From positions 800,001 to 864,000 of the forward strand of contig CAVQMO010000001.1 in assembly GCA_963713605.1 (NCBI GenBank): DNA of 64,000 nt. The letters run 5' to 3'. This DNA comes from an uncultured Nitrososphaerales archaeon (lineage in GTDB: Archaea; Thermoproteota; Nitrososphaeria; Nitrososphaerales; Nitrososphaeraceae). Made by a program: the position numbers and the translations under genes. Of this stretch, positions 10,967-21,060 are shown in pieces. Under the pieces are notes generated by a model. That model made no database searches and was not told the origin of the DNA. It was given only the letters and a program-made list of their open reading frames with translations. Position 1 is the first letter of the stretch; every line of letters starts with the position of its first letter.

Positions 10967-12273
10967 TTGCGACTAGTAGACCGCTTTAAATGGTCCGATA
11001 ATGGCACAAGTAGAATTCAACCTCCAGAAAAGACTCTTCTCACAGTGGAGGGGATCACAGGAAAGATTGGGGTGACTCGAATTGGCAACATTACTCATCT
11101 GGACAGACTTGGTATTCCTAATTATTCAGTTGTTCTGCCCGGTACCGAGGATTACATTTGGGTCTATAGCGGAAAGGGTTTCACCATGAAGCAAGCCAGG
11201 ACAAGCGGCCTTATGGAAGCTATAGAACGATACTCTTCTTTGCCTGGCAGCTATGAGCGTCAGTTAATCAGAGGTTCATATTTTGAACTATCAAAAAGAT
11301 ATAATATACTTAGTTCAGACGATGTTTGCGAACCACTCTCTGTTCCATATAGGGATGATATGATAATGGATTACATTGAAGGCTTAGACCTGGTTTCATA
11401 TGAACAAATTCTGGTACCTGCCGCCTTGGCTTTGTTTAGGTACACTCAGCACGGTAAGGCTGTCAATCCGTTCTCTTTCTCTCACACGAACGGACTCGCA
11501 TCAGGAAATGTCTTGGAGGAGGCAATCTGTCATGCCTTATGCGAAGTTATTGAGCGAGATGCATCAAGTCTAGCCGAATTACGTTCGAGTGCCTTTCCAT
11601 TTCATCTATTAAAGATCCTGACAAACAAGTTTAAGGAGAGCGGGTACGCAATTAATGAAATTGCTTCCGATGCTATGGTTGATGAACCAAACTTGTTTCC
11701 TATGCTCGATTTAGAAGGTAATATCTTCCATCCGGCAAGAAATTTAGTGGATAGATTTAAGGCCGCAAATATTTCCTTGATAATCAAGGAGATTACAAGT
11801 GACGTGGGAATATCAACATTCAACGCTGCAAGCGTTGAATGGCTGACTCAAAATTACGGTTATCTTGCTGAAGGAACGGGCACACACCCAGACGCTAGGA
11901 TTGCGCTTGTCAGGGCAATTACCGAACTTGCTCAGACTCGAGCGGCCAACATCCAAGGTGCTCGAGACGATCTTCGCAAAATTAATTACGTGGGTGAAAA
12001 TTCAGAGGACAAGAGGTCGTGGCAATTTTTGAATTCAGATCGAAAGGTTCGTCTCTCAGGGGTCAGAGCTACTACAATCAAAACATACTAGATGATATAA
12101 GGTTGATCCTCAACCAGCTTAGAGCCGTGGGACTAAAGAGAGCTATTGTGGTGGATCTAACGGTACCGTGGATAGGAATTCCTGTCGTAAGGGCCATCGT
12201 ACCAGGTTTGGAAACATTCAAGTTCACAAAATCTGTAGTAGGTCAAAGGGCAAGGAATTATTTCAAGGCATGA
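10967..12273 (+). CDS. ycaO: YcaO-family protein, TfuA-associated thioamide-synthetase type (apparent frameshift ~12062)
   Basis: GVTRIGNITHLDRLGIP, SGKG..A.TSGLMEAIERYS, TNGLASGN.LEEAI.HAL.EVIERDA, RAITELAQTR..IQGARDD; C-terminal VVRAIVPGLE in the second frame. Confidence 0.92.
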
Positions 12274-12929
12274 AAAACATAATTGTTTTTGTCGGTCCTA
12301 GTTTAGATACAGAAAAGGCACGAAAGGTGTTGGAAGCGGACTATAGACCTCCAGCAAAGAAAGGAGACTTGATCAGATTGGTCATGTCGTTGGACGACAA
12401 AGAGACTGTGGTAGGGCTAATAGATGGATATTTTTTGCTTGATTATCCTCCCACGCCTATTGAAGTTTATCAACTGATAGTTAGACACAATACTGTAGTG
12501 ATAGGATCATCAAGTATAGGGGCCCTAAGAGCAGTTGAGCTAGAGAAATTCGGAATGATCGGTGTGGGAAAGATATTCCAATTATTCAAGACAGGGAGAC
12601 TAGATGCGGACGACGAGGTAGCTGTGACTTTTTCTCAGGACTTGTACCACCTTCAGTCTGAAGCGATGATAGATATTCGATATAACCTATACCTATCGCT
12701 GAAGAAAGGGTTTATCGATAAGGAAACCAAATACGCTATCACTAAGGTAGCCAAGGATATCTATTTTCCATTTCGAACATACCAAAACATTGTTGAAGAA
12801 ACCATTAGGAGATATCCCATTCTGGACGATAAAGTGAGACGCTTCGAAGCCTACATTTTTAAAAATAGGAAGAGTCTAAAAGAGATGGATGCTTTGAAAC
12901 TTATTGAGTATATCAGAGATATGTTTTAG
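12270..12929 (+). CDS. tfuA: TfuA-like protein
   Basis: VFVGPSL, YRPPAKKGD, GLIDGYF, GSSSIGALRAVEL, DDEVAV; ATGA start/stop overlap with ycaO at 12270-12273. Confidence 0.92.
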   Translation: MKNIIVFVGPSLDTEKARKVLEADYRPPAKKGDLIRLVMSLDDKETVVGLIDGYFLLDYPPTPIEVYQLIVRHNTVVIGSSSIGALRAVELEKFGMIGVGKIFQLFKTGRLDADDEVAVTFSQDLYHLQSEAMIDIRYNLYLSLKKGFIDKETKYAITKVAKDIYFPFRTYQNIVEETIRRYPILDDKVRRFEAYIFKNRKSLKEMDALKLIEYIRDMF

Positions 12930-13074
12930 AAATGTTCAGATTAGAATTCTAATGACAGGACAAAAGGAAAACTTTCAAAGCCCACACGGAATGGTTTAAT
13001 TTTGTATGAATACATACTGCGGATTAGTCAGAAAGAAAGTACGTCTATATTCGTAGTCTAAATTATTGGTAAAT

Positions 13075-14263
13075 ATGCAGTCCATTGAACCTATAGCTCT
13101 TTCTATATTAGGTTTTATCATGTTCTCAGTCCTGCTCACTTGGGTACGCTTGTTAATGTATTGCAAAAGGTCATTGAAATATTCGCCGAAACTCGAAGAG
13201 GTCAGAACGCTCGACCCTAATCTTACACCTCGAGTCAGCATAATTGTACCTGCGTTGAATGAAGAAAAATACATAGGCAGGTGCTTACAAAGCCTTCTAG
13301 CTCAGGACTATCATAATCTTGAGATAATATCCATAGATGATGGTTCAATAGACAGTACTCTTCTGACGATGAAGTCAGTAGCATCAACAGACCAAAGACT
13401 TCGCGTAGTTGAAGCTGGGCAGAGGCCGGGCGGCTGGGTAGGGAAAAATTGGGCCTGCTTTATAGGCTATAACAATTCGACAGGAGACATTCTTATCTTT
13501 ACTGATGCGGATACTGTTCACTCCAAAAAGACTGTTACCTTAGCAGTAAACCATATGTTGCAAGAGAACCTCTCCGCGATTACGGCTATTCCAAAACTGT
13601 TGTCTGATGATTTCCTAACTAGCGTCACATTGCCCCTCCTCTCGGTTTTTTTGCAGACCAGGTTTTCTCCTCTGAAAGTAAACGATCCTGCAAACAAGTT
13701 GGGGTATTTTTTTGGAAGTTTCTTTGCTATTATTCGAGGCCACTATGAATCTATTGGGACTCACAGGGAAGTTCATACAGAAATAATTGAAGATGGAGCA
13801 ATTGGGTCGCTTGTAAAAAAAAAGAGGGATAAGGATGAAAATGTTTAGAGGAGAAAACTGCGTTGATGCATTGTGGGCGAGGGACAGACAAGGATTATGG
13901 AATGGGCTGTTACGACTCTTGATTCCTATGCACAGAGAACAGGGTAAGAAGACAGTTCCAATGGTGATTGCAATTGCCTTCCTAATGTTATTTCCATTCA
14001 TGGCTTTACCAGGAGGAATTTATTTTGCAAACCTGTTAGATTCAAGCTTTCTAGGCATTTTTCTTGCCGGCGCTGCACTGATTACTTTGTGCATTATGAT
14101 GATGACAACTATCCTTATCCTTTCTCAATCGATTAAGACTAGCAGGAAGTTGGCTCTCGGGTCACCGATAGGAGCAACCGTCATAACATTGTCCTTTGTT
14201 ATTTCCCTGCTCAGAGCCCACAAGCCTCGGTCCTTCGCCTGGAAAGGAAGAACGTACGTGTAG
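13075..14263 (+). CDS. Membrane-bound family 2 glycosyltransferase (apparent frameshift in the A9 run ~13815-13823)
   Basis: VSIIVPALNEE, IDDGSID, GWVGKNWAC, FTDAD, EIIED; N-terminal and C-terminal transmembrane segments. Confidence 0.85.
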
Positions 14264-14318
14264 AACTGAATTAAGAATAGTGTTTATTAGTCAAGGCGTA
14301 ACAGATAACGATGCATTG

Positions 14319-15506
14319 ATGCGATGTGATAACGGTCTGGAGCAAGTATCCAAAGTAATGGATGAAATAAAGCATTCTACTTATAATCTTGATAGTGAAC
14401 AGGCTCTATCGTTATTTCGTAGTGCTAGGTTAGAACAACTAATTGAGTGTTCTTCATATCTGCGCAATAAATTCAAGCCTTCAATCTTGACTTATTCTAG
14501 AAAGGTCTTTGTAAATCTTGTAAATCTGTGTCGCGATACATGTACTTATTGTACCTACAAAAAGGAGCCTGGGGACACAACAATTTCAATGCTAGATCCC
14601 GACAAAGTCTTGGCTATAGTAGAGTTTGCAAAGCGACTGAGATGTACCGAGGCCTTAATAGTCACAGGGGAGAGACCAGAAAATCGATACCCCGAAGTAC
14701 GAAGTTGGCTTCGAAAGATGGGATTCTCTACACTGTCTGAGTACGTAGGTGAAATATGTGAAATGATTATCAAGAAAACGGGATTATTGCCTCACACGAA
14801 TGCTGGCAGCCTCTCCAAAAAAGAGTTACTCACTCTACGGGAAAGCAATGCTAGTATGGGGTTAATGTTGGAATCCTCAAGTGTTAGATTATCTGGTCGA
14901 GGGATGCCTCACGAAAGGGCACCAAGCAAACATCCTAGAGTAAGAATAAAATCGCTGACTTCATGTGGTGAGTTAAATATCCCAACTACAACGGGACTAC
15001 TCATAGGTATAGGGGAGACACCTGAGGAAATCGTTGAATCACTATTTCTTATTAAATCGCTACACGAGTCTTTCGGGCATGTACAGGAAGTAATTATGCA
15101 GAACTTTTCACCGAAGGATGGAACGTCAATGTCTGATTATCCGGCCCCATCAAAGGAATATTTCATGAGAGCAGTAGCGGTAGCCCGGATTTTGATGCCT
15201 AATATGAACATTCAGGTGCCGCCAAACCTCAACGAATCCCTGGAAGACTATATTAGCGTGGGTATTAATGACTGGGGTGGAATATCGCCTGTTACCATCG
15301 ATTACGTCAATCCAGAACACCCTTGGCCCCCCATAGAACATGTAAATCGAGTGACTTCCCGGAAAGGATTTCTATTAAGAGCCCGACTGCCGGTATATCC
15401 AGAGTTTTTGAAAAATGGTCGGTCTTATATTTCTCACCGTGTTCGTCCTTCAATTGAAGCACTCTCAGACGACGAAGGTTTGGTAAAGGAGTCATACTTG
15501 TTTTGA
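14319..15506 (+). CDS. cofG: FO synthase subunit CofG (F420 biosynthesis, radical SAM)
   Basis: TYSRKVF, CRDTCTYC, LPHTNAG, SMGLMLE, IQVPPNL, GINDWGGISPVTIDYVNPE. Confidence 0.93.
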   Translation: MRCDNGLEQVSKVMDEIKHSTYNLDSEQALSLFRSARLEQLIECSSYLRNKFKPSILTYSRKVFVNLVNLCRDTCTYCTYKKEPGDTTISMLDPDKVLAIVEFAKRLRCTEALIVTGERPENRYPEVRSWLRKMGFSTLSEYVGEICEMIIKKTGLLPHTNAGSLSKKELLTLRESNASMGLMLESSSVRLSGRGMPHERAPSKHPRVRIKSLTSCGELNIPTTTGLLIGIGETPEEIVESLFLIKSLHESFGHVQEVIMQNFSPKDGTSMSDYPAPSKEYFMRAVAVARILMPNMNIQVPPNLNESLEDYISVGINDWGGISPVTIDYVNPEHPWPPIEHVNRVTSRKGFLLRARLPVYPEFLKNGRSYISHRVRPSIEALSDDEGLVKESYLF

Positions 15507-16765
15507 ATCTAGAAAGCATTCTCAAGACGGTCGACCCTCTTGTTTCAGAAGCTTTGAATTTAGCAATTGATGAAAAGGAAATAACTGTCAAGCAGGCAGT
15601 AGAATTGTTCGATACGAGTGGGATCGAAATGAACTTATTGACTTCGGTTGGAGATGAGCTGCGAAGAAGAGCATGTGGAAACGTTGTCACGTATGTTATC
15701 AACAGAAACGTCAATTTCACTAATGTGTGTATAAAGAGGTGTGGCTTTTGCGCATTTAGCCGTGATTTCAGACAGGAGGAAGGTTACTTCTTGCCTATCG
15801 AGGAAGTAGTTCGACGTGCAGTAGAAGCCCATCGGTTGGGTGCCACTGAGATCTGCATACAGGCAGGTCTACCCCCAAATATGGACGGTTCCCTTTATCC
15901 TGATATCTGTAAAGCGATTAAGCACGAAATACCGGAGATCCACATTCATGGGTTCTCCCCTGAAGAAGTGTTGTACGGAGCCAAGATGAGCAACAATAGC
16001 ATTAGGGATTTCTTATCTTGGCTCAAAGAGTCCGGTGTAGGAAGTCTACCAGGAACTTCCGCAGAGATACTAGATCAAGAGGTTAGAGACCTAATATCTC
16101 CAGGTCGAATATCTGTTAATGAATGGATAGATGTTATAAAGACAGCTCATAGTTTAGGTATTCCAACTACCTCAACTATAATGTACGGACATGTAGAGTC
16201 GAATTTCCACAAGGCTAACCACATCGACATTTTACGTAAGATCCAGAAGGAAACTGGTGGCATAACTGAGTTCGTCCCTCTCAGTTTCGTATACCAAGAA
16301 GCCCCTATGCACAGCCGGAGTACATTAGAAAATATGCGTGAGGCAGGAGCGGGGGCAATGGATATCGTAAAAATGTACTCCGTTTCTAGGTTGATGCTCC
16401 ATAACTATGTGAAGAATATACAGGTTTCGTGGGTAAAAGAAGGCTCCAAGATGTCTCAATTTCTTTTATGTGCTGGGGCAAACGATTTTGGTGGTACACT
16501 TATCAATGAAAGTATATCTACAGCCGCTGGTTCAATTCACGGTCAGCTCATGAGACCCAATGAAATAAGAGCCCAAATCAAAGGTTTGGGACGGATCCCT
16601 GCTCAACGCAATACATTATACGAGATCTTACGAATAAATTCAGGAGCCGACGAGGAATGCCAGACCGAACTTGATCATGTAAACCCCAATAATTTTGGCT
16701 CCTATGGAGAGCTTATCAAGCTTGACAAGTACAAGTATCAACATTCTTTACGGCATCATAATTAG
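15503..16765 (+). CDS. cofH: FO synthase subunit CofH (radical SAM)
   Basis: VTYVINRNVNFTNVCIKRCGFCAF, SLPGTSAEIL, TSTIMYGHVE, NIQVSWVK, GANDFGGT; overlaps the cofG stop. Confidence 0.93.
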   Translation: MNLESILKTVDPLVSEALNLAIDEKEITVKQAVELFDTSGIEMNLLTSVGDELRRRACGNVVTYVINRNVNFTNVCIKRCGFCAFSRDFRQEEGYFLPIEEVVRRAVEAHRLGATEICIQAGLPPNMDGSLYPDICKAIKHEIPEIHIHGFSPEEVLYGAKMSNNSIRDFLSWLKESGVGSLPGTSAEILDQEVRDLISPGRISVNEWIDVIKTAHSLGIPTTSTIMYGHVESNFHKANHIDILRKIQKETGGITEFVPLSFVYQEAPMHSRSTLENMREAGAGAMDIVKMYSVSRLMLHNYVKNIQVSWVKEGSKMSQFLLCAGANDFGGTLINESISTAAGSIHGQLMRPNEIRAQIKGLGRIPAQRNTLYEILRINSGADEECQTELDHVNPNNFGSYGELIKLDKYKYQHSLRHHN

Positions 16766-17016
16766 CTGAGGTTTGCTTTTTCCATAATCAGCATGGTAAG
16801 AGTAGATTTAACTCCATTCATCCGTCTGATTTTCAAGCTGATGAAGTCCTTTAGTCCTTCCATTGATTCCGCTTCTACCTTTAGCATAATATCATATACT
16901 CCGTAGATCGCGTAGGCCTCCTTAACTCCGGGTAGTTTTTTCATCTCCTCGGCCAACGGACCTTCATACCCTAATTCTGCATTCAGCAATACAAAAGCTC
17001 TTGGCATTATCCACAC
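16762..17016 (-). CDS. Lrp/AsnC ligand-binding-domain-only protein
   Basis: AFVLLN...GVKEAYAIYGVYDIMLKVEA...IRRMNGVKSTLT; probable start at MPRAF (17007). Confidence 0.85.
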   Translation of the reverse strand: MWIMPRAFVLLNAELGYEGPLAEEMKKLPGVKEAYAIYGVYDIMLKVEAESMEGLKDFISLKIRRMNGVKSTLTMLIMEKANLS

Positions 17017-17131
17017 GTTGGCTGTGATTATACTTTAATCTAACTGTTGACCTCGATTGACCTTCATTTGCAGAAAGCCTTGAGAGGCCTAAATTGGCTT
17101 TTGTTTCGGCTATGATCGGTAACGTTTAAGA

Positions 17132-18919
17132 GTGATACAAAAACCTTTAGGAAAGCAGATGGAGACGCAATTCAACCTGGCCCGCCTTAAATGGCAAACA
17201 TTGCAACATAATGGAATTGCATTTCCTCCAGAATTCAAACCGAGGGGCATCACTATTAGCATTCTTGGAGAGCAATATCTGTTGAATGCTGCCCAAGAAG
17301 AATTGATCTATGCCTGGTCCAAGAAGAAGGATACTCATTACGTCCATGATAAAGTGTTCGAATCAAATTTCATGATTGATCTCAGAAGTGTACTTCCTCC
17401 TAAGTTCGGATCCGTCAATAAAATCTCCGAATTAGATCTGTCGAATGCCTACCGCCTGGTAGAAGAAGAAAACAGATTGAAGGAAGAAGAAAAGGAGCGG
17501 ATTAGAAATCTACCCCGAGATGAAAGAAGGCTTATATCTCAATCCAAGAAAAATGAGCGAGAACGACTTCGATCGATTTATGGTTTGGCGACTGTTGATG
17601 GTGTGACAGTTGAAATAGCAAATTGGCTGGTGGAACCTCCGGGCCTATTCATGGGAAGAGGACAACATCCACTGCGAGGCCGATGGAAACCCAGGGTACA
17701 GTCGCAAGATGTAATTCTGAACATGGGTGAAAGCGCAGAAGTACCGGAAGGAAACTGGAAGGCAGTTGTTAATGATCATACCTCCACCTGGCTCGCGACA
17801 TGGATGGAAAAATTGACTGGCAAAAGAAAGTATATGTGGCTTCATGATTCATCCACCCTTCGTCAGAACAGTGATAAGGAAAAATACGATAGGGCTAATA
17901 TACTCGGGAAACATATCGACAAAGTTCACGAAAGGATAGTGACCAAGATGATTAATTCTAAAGATCTGAGCCAGAAGAAGTTATCCACTGTCTGCTATTT
18001 AATTAGTAAGCTCGCGATGAGAGTGGGAGATGAAAAAGATCCGGACGAGGCAGACACAGTAGGCGCGTCGACGTTACGGGTGGAGCATATTCGATTTCCA
18101 ATTCATCAAGGAGTAAAGAATATAGAGTTCAATTTTCTCGGAAAAGATAGCGTCCCATGGCAAAAAAGTTTGGAAATTAATTCGCAAGACACAGAAGCAC
18201 TATATATGAACATGGAATTATTTATGAAGGACAAGAAACTTACGGAGCAGATTTTCGATGGTATTACCTCTGCGAAGGTAAATTCATTTCTTAGAAAGAT
18301 TGATAAAAACAAAGTTCCCGGTTTGACTGCTAAGGTTTTCCGAACTTTCATAGCGACCCAAATTGTTAAGGAGGCTTTAGCTCATCCTCCAATCAAAGTA
18401 AATGAGGAGTCTTCAGAAATGGAAAAAGTATACGTCGCCAAAAAGGCGAATCTTGTAGCGGCTATTACCTGTAATCATAAAAAGGGAATTGATGCAAACA
18501 ATCCTACTAGCAAGCAAAGCCTTGAAAGGTTTCAAAAATCAGTGGAAAAGAAGGAAGAAGTTATTAGAAAAATTGAGAACGATATCGCCTCTCGTAAATG
18601 GAAGACAGATCTACAAAAGAAGAGATTGATGGATAGATTGGAAAAGGTCCAAATAACGTTGCGTCTGCAAAAGGAAACTCGTGATTATAACCTCGGGACT
18701 TCACTTCGAAACTATATAGACCCTCGTGTCTTGAAATCATGGATGAACTACGTAGATCTTGATGGGAAACGGCTCTTTACAGCAACTTTGCAACGCAAGT
18801 TTAGATGGGTTGAGACATATTCTAATGCCGAGCTGCGACAATTTCTTCCTGAAGTCGAGAAAACTGGACGCCAAAAATCTGAGGCGGTAATTCAAGAGGA
18901 AAGTCTGGCTAAAAGTTAA
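17132..18919 (+). CDS. top1: DNA topoisomerase IB (eukaryote-like)
   Basis: KWQTLQHNG, VEPPGLFMGRGQHP, MRVGDEKD, FLGKDS, LTAKVFRT, CNH, NYIDPR catalytic Tyr. Confidence 0.95.
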   Translation: MIQKPLGKQMETQFNLARLKWQTLQHNGIAFPPEFKPRGITISILGEQYLLNAAQEELIYAWSKKKDTHYVHDKVFESNFMIDLRSVLPPKFGSVNKISELDLSNAYRLVEEENRLKEEEKERIRNLPRDERRLISQSKKNERERLRSIYGLATVDGVTVEIANWLVEPPGLFMGRGQHPLRGRWKPRVQSQDVILNMGESAEVPEGNWKAVVNDHTSTWLATWMEKLTGKRKYMWLHDSSTLRQNSDKEKYDRANILGKHIDKVHERIVTKMINSKDLSQKKLSTVCYLISKLAMRVGDEKDPDEADTVGASTLRVEHIRFPIHQGVKNIEFNFLGKDSVPWQKSLEINSQDTEALYMNMELFMKDKKLTEQIFDGITSAKVNSFLRKIDKNKVPGLTAKVFRTFIATQIVKEALAHPPIKVNEESSEMEKVYVAKKANLVAAITCNHKKGIDANNPTSKQSLERFQKSVEKKEEVIRKIENDIASRKWKTDLQKKRLMDRLEKVQITLRLQKETRDYNLGTSLRNYIDPRVLKSWMNYVDLDGKRLFTATLQRKFRWVETYSNAELRQFLPEVEKTGRQKSEAVIQEESLAKS

Positions 18920-19086
18920 AAGCCTTTCGATATGCATTTTCACTGAAGTGCACAAGACCCTTTAACTTGAATGTTCAAGAACAACAATCCTAGTTCGCTA
19001 CCTTGAATTTTTCAAAATTTCAACATCCTTTCTGTGTTATTAAAATCATGCACCAAGTATAAATATTTGATCTCTTATTTTAGAAC

Positions 19087-19599
19087 ATGAATGAAAATTC
19101 AGCTGAACCTACGAGTATGTCCTTTTTGCTAATGTCCCCTGCCAGAAAACTCGCGGATTCGAATGTAGCAATGGCTGACTACAATGACTCTGCTGATAGG
19201 GCCATAAGGTTGATGAAAGATAAACAGACAAAGTGTGTATTGCTTTCCAGAGGGGGTGCGGCAATCGGAATCGTGACTAAGACAGATATTCTTTACAAGG
19301 TACTATCCCAAGGGAAGAATCCATCAAAGGTACGGCTTGAAGAAATTATGACTAGTCCTATATTAGCAGTGGACCCCGATTCCACCGTGCAGGAGGCATT
19401 GTCTATAATGGATAAACACGCTATTCGTCAAATCGTCGTCAGCACAAATTCATCTGTCCTGGGTATCATTTCAAGGGACGATCTATTTGAGAGAGAGCAA
19501 CTTGCAACAACGTCATCTGAAGAATCTGCTATACAAGGTACACCAGTCTGTATCATAAACCCAGAAGCTATTCTATTTAGCAAAGATAGTGAAGCCTAG
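19087..19599 (+). CDS. CBS-domain pair protein
   Basis: GIVTKTDIL, IMTSPILAVDP, GIISRDDL. Confidence 0.85.
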   Translation: MNENSAEPTSMSFLLMSPARKLADSNVAMADYNDSADRAIRLMKDKQTKCVLLSRGGAAIGIVTKTDILYKVLSQGKNPSKVRLEEIMTSPILAVDPDSTVQEALSIMDKHAIRQIVVSTNSSVLGIISRDDLFEREQLATTSSEESAIQGTPVCIINPEAILFSKDSEA

Positions 19600-19807
19600 A
19601 GGGATTTTTCCAAATTTCCTCAGCTTGGCGGAAATAGTCTCCACCTTATGACACTAGAGGAATCCAGATGAAATACAGATCAGTGTAACTCGGATTCCTA
19701 AAGTAGATCGGCGTATAGTGCTTGAAAAGTCGGAATAAGGTCCATAAGTCGTGCGGAGATATCTTTATTAAAGTAGGCCATCAATTGCTGAACGCAAAGC
19801 TGAGCTT

Positions 19808-19882
19808 GCCGGGGTAGCTCAGCTTGGTCAGAGCGTTCGACTCATAATCGAAAGGTCGCGGGCTCAAGTCCCGCCTCCGGCA
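19808..19882 (+). tRNA. tRNA-Met(CAT), probably elongator, intronless
   Basis: Cloverleaf: acceptor GCCGGGG/CTCCGGC, anticodon arm TTCGA-CTCATAA-TCGAA, T arm GCGGG-CTCAAGT-CCCGC. Confidence 0.92.
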
Positions 19883-20273
19883 CATTCTTAAAATTTCTTA
19901 TCATTCATAAGTTAAAATTATCATTCATAATTTGGCCACCCGACTAAAACTAAAATGCTTCATAAGTAAAATTGGGCAGCAGTGATACATGAAAATCGTG
20001 ACAAAGTAATTGGGATTTGCCCCTGAACGTGTTTGAATTTAAAGTGATGGCAAGGACTAATGAATTTGACGAGATAGATTGCTGTAACCCCCCGATTTTT
20101 AACCTAGTCAAATATCATTCGATAAGGAGGAGCCTATTTACTCTTGAAAGATTTTAATCATATACTGACCCAAATAAAGAACTGGTGCTTCAACTCTGAA
20201 TTGAACAGCAAGAACAATGACAGCGACGTAAGAGATGACGTAAACGCCATCAGTTATTTGAGTAGTATGTGAC

Positions 20274-20612
20274 ATGACAACAAATCCTGATTTTTATCGG
20301 ACTTTGAAGGTATCCAAGACATTTGAGGTTAGCAGACCCCACGACATAACTAATATCGTGACTCAGTTGGCAGACTTTGTTGAAAAGAGTGGTTCTATGG
20401 ACAATTTGAGCGTAAGAATACTTCTGCCAAGAGAGGCTGGGGTTGGTACGCGCGCGCAGAAATGGGGAGCATCTCTTCGATCTGGGTTGATTTTAGCCCT
20501 GAAGAGAAAAAGAATAGGCCTTAATCTAAGAGAAGTGAGGTATGTTCACGATGAATACCACTATGGATGGATATTGATTGAGCCCAGCATACTCGATAAT
20601 TTATCTGAATAA
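20274..20612 (+). CDS. Hypothetical protein
   Basis: 112-aa ATG ORF with protein-like composition between two tRNA genes; no recognised motif. Confidence 0.6.
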   Translation: MTTNPDFYRTLKVSKTFEVSRPHDITNIVTQLADFVEKSGSMDNLSVRILLPREAGVGTRAQKWGASLRSGLILALKRKRIGLNLREVRYVHDEYHYGWILIEPSILDNLSE

Positions 20613-20668
20613 TAATAATAAAGATATTGAAATGTGAGAAATTTGATTAGGAAGGTTGATGCACAAAG

Positions 20669-20772
20669 GGCCTTCGGAGGGATTTGAACCCTCCTCAAGC
20701 GGTTTCTGCCTTAAGCGATTACTGTATCTAGTCCACAGCCGCCTATACTGACCAGGCTATACTACGAAGGCC
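20669..20772 (-). tRNA. tRNA-His(GTG) with an encoded G-1 and a 29-nt intron at position 37/38 (20704..20732)
   Basis: Reverse complement G-GCCTTCG...GGCGG-CT-GTG-G[intron]A-CCGCT...GAGGG-TTCAAAT-CCCTC-CGAAGGC-C; bulge-helix-bulge with central CTGT/GCAG helix. Confidence 0.93.
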
Positions 20773-21060
20773 ACTTTATATCATGTGCAATTATAGTGGT
20801 ATATATAATTAAGTTGAGGTTTCTGATAAGTAGAGATTTTCTTTATCTCGTCACTTTTGGATTCGGAAGAAGTGATCCTCACTTACAGTAAATGATTTGT
20901 ATTAGTACGGCCTTTCCTCTAAATTTTTGCAAAATGTGTAAAATTATAAACATGTACAATCTATCATATTTGCCACAAAACTTGGTAAGAAATGTTCTTT
21001 TGAATTGATTCTCAGGATTCGACGTCTTCGATTTAAAGACTTAAATCTCGATGAATAGTC

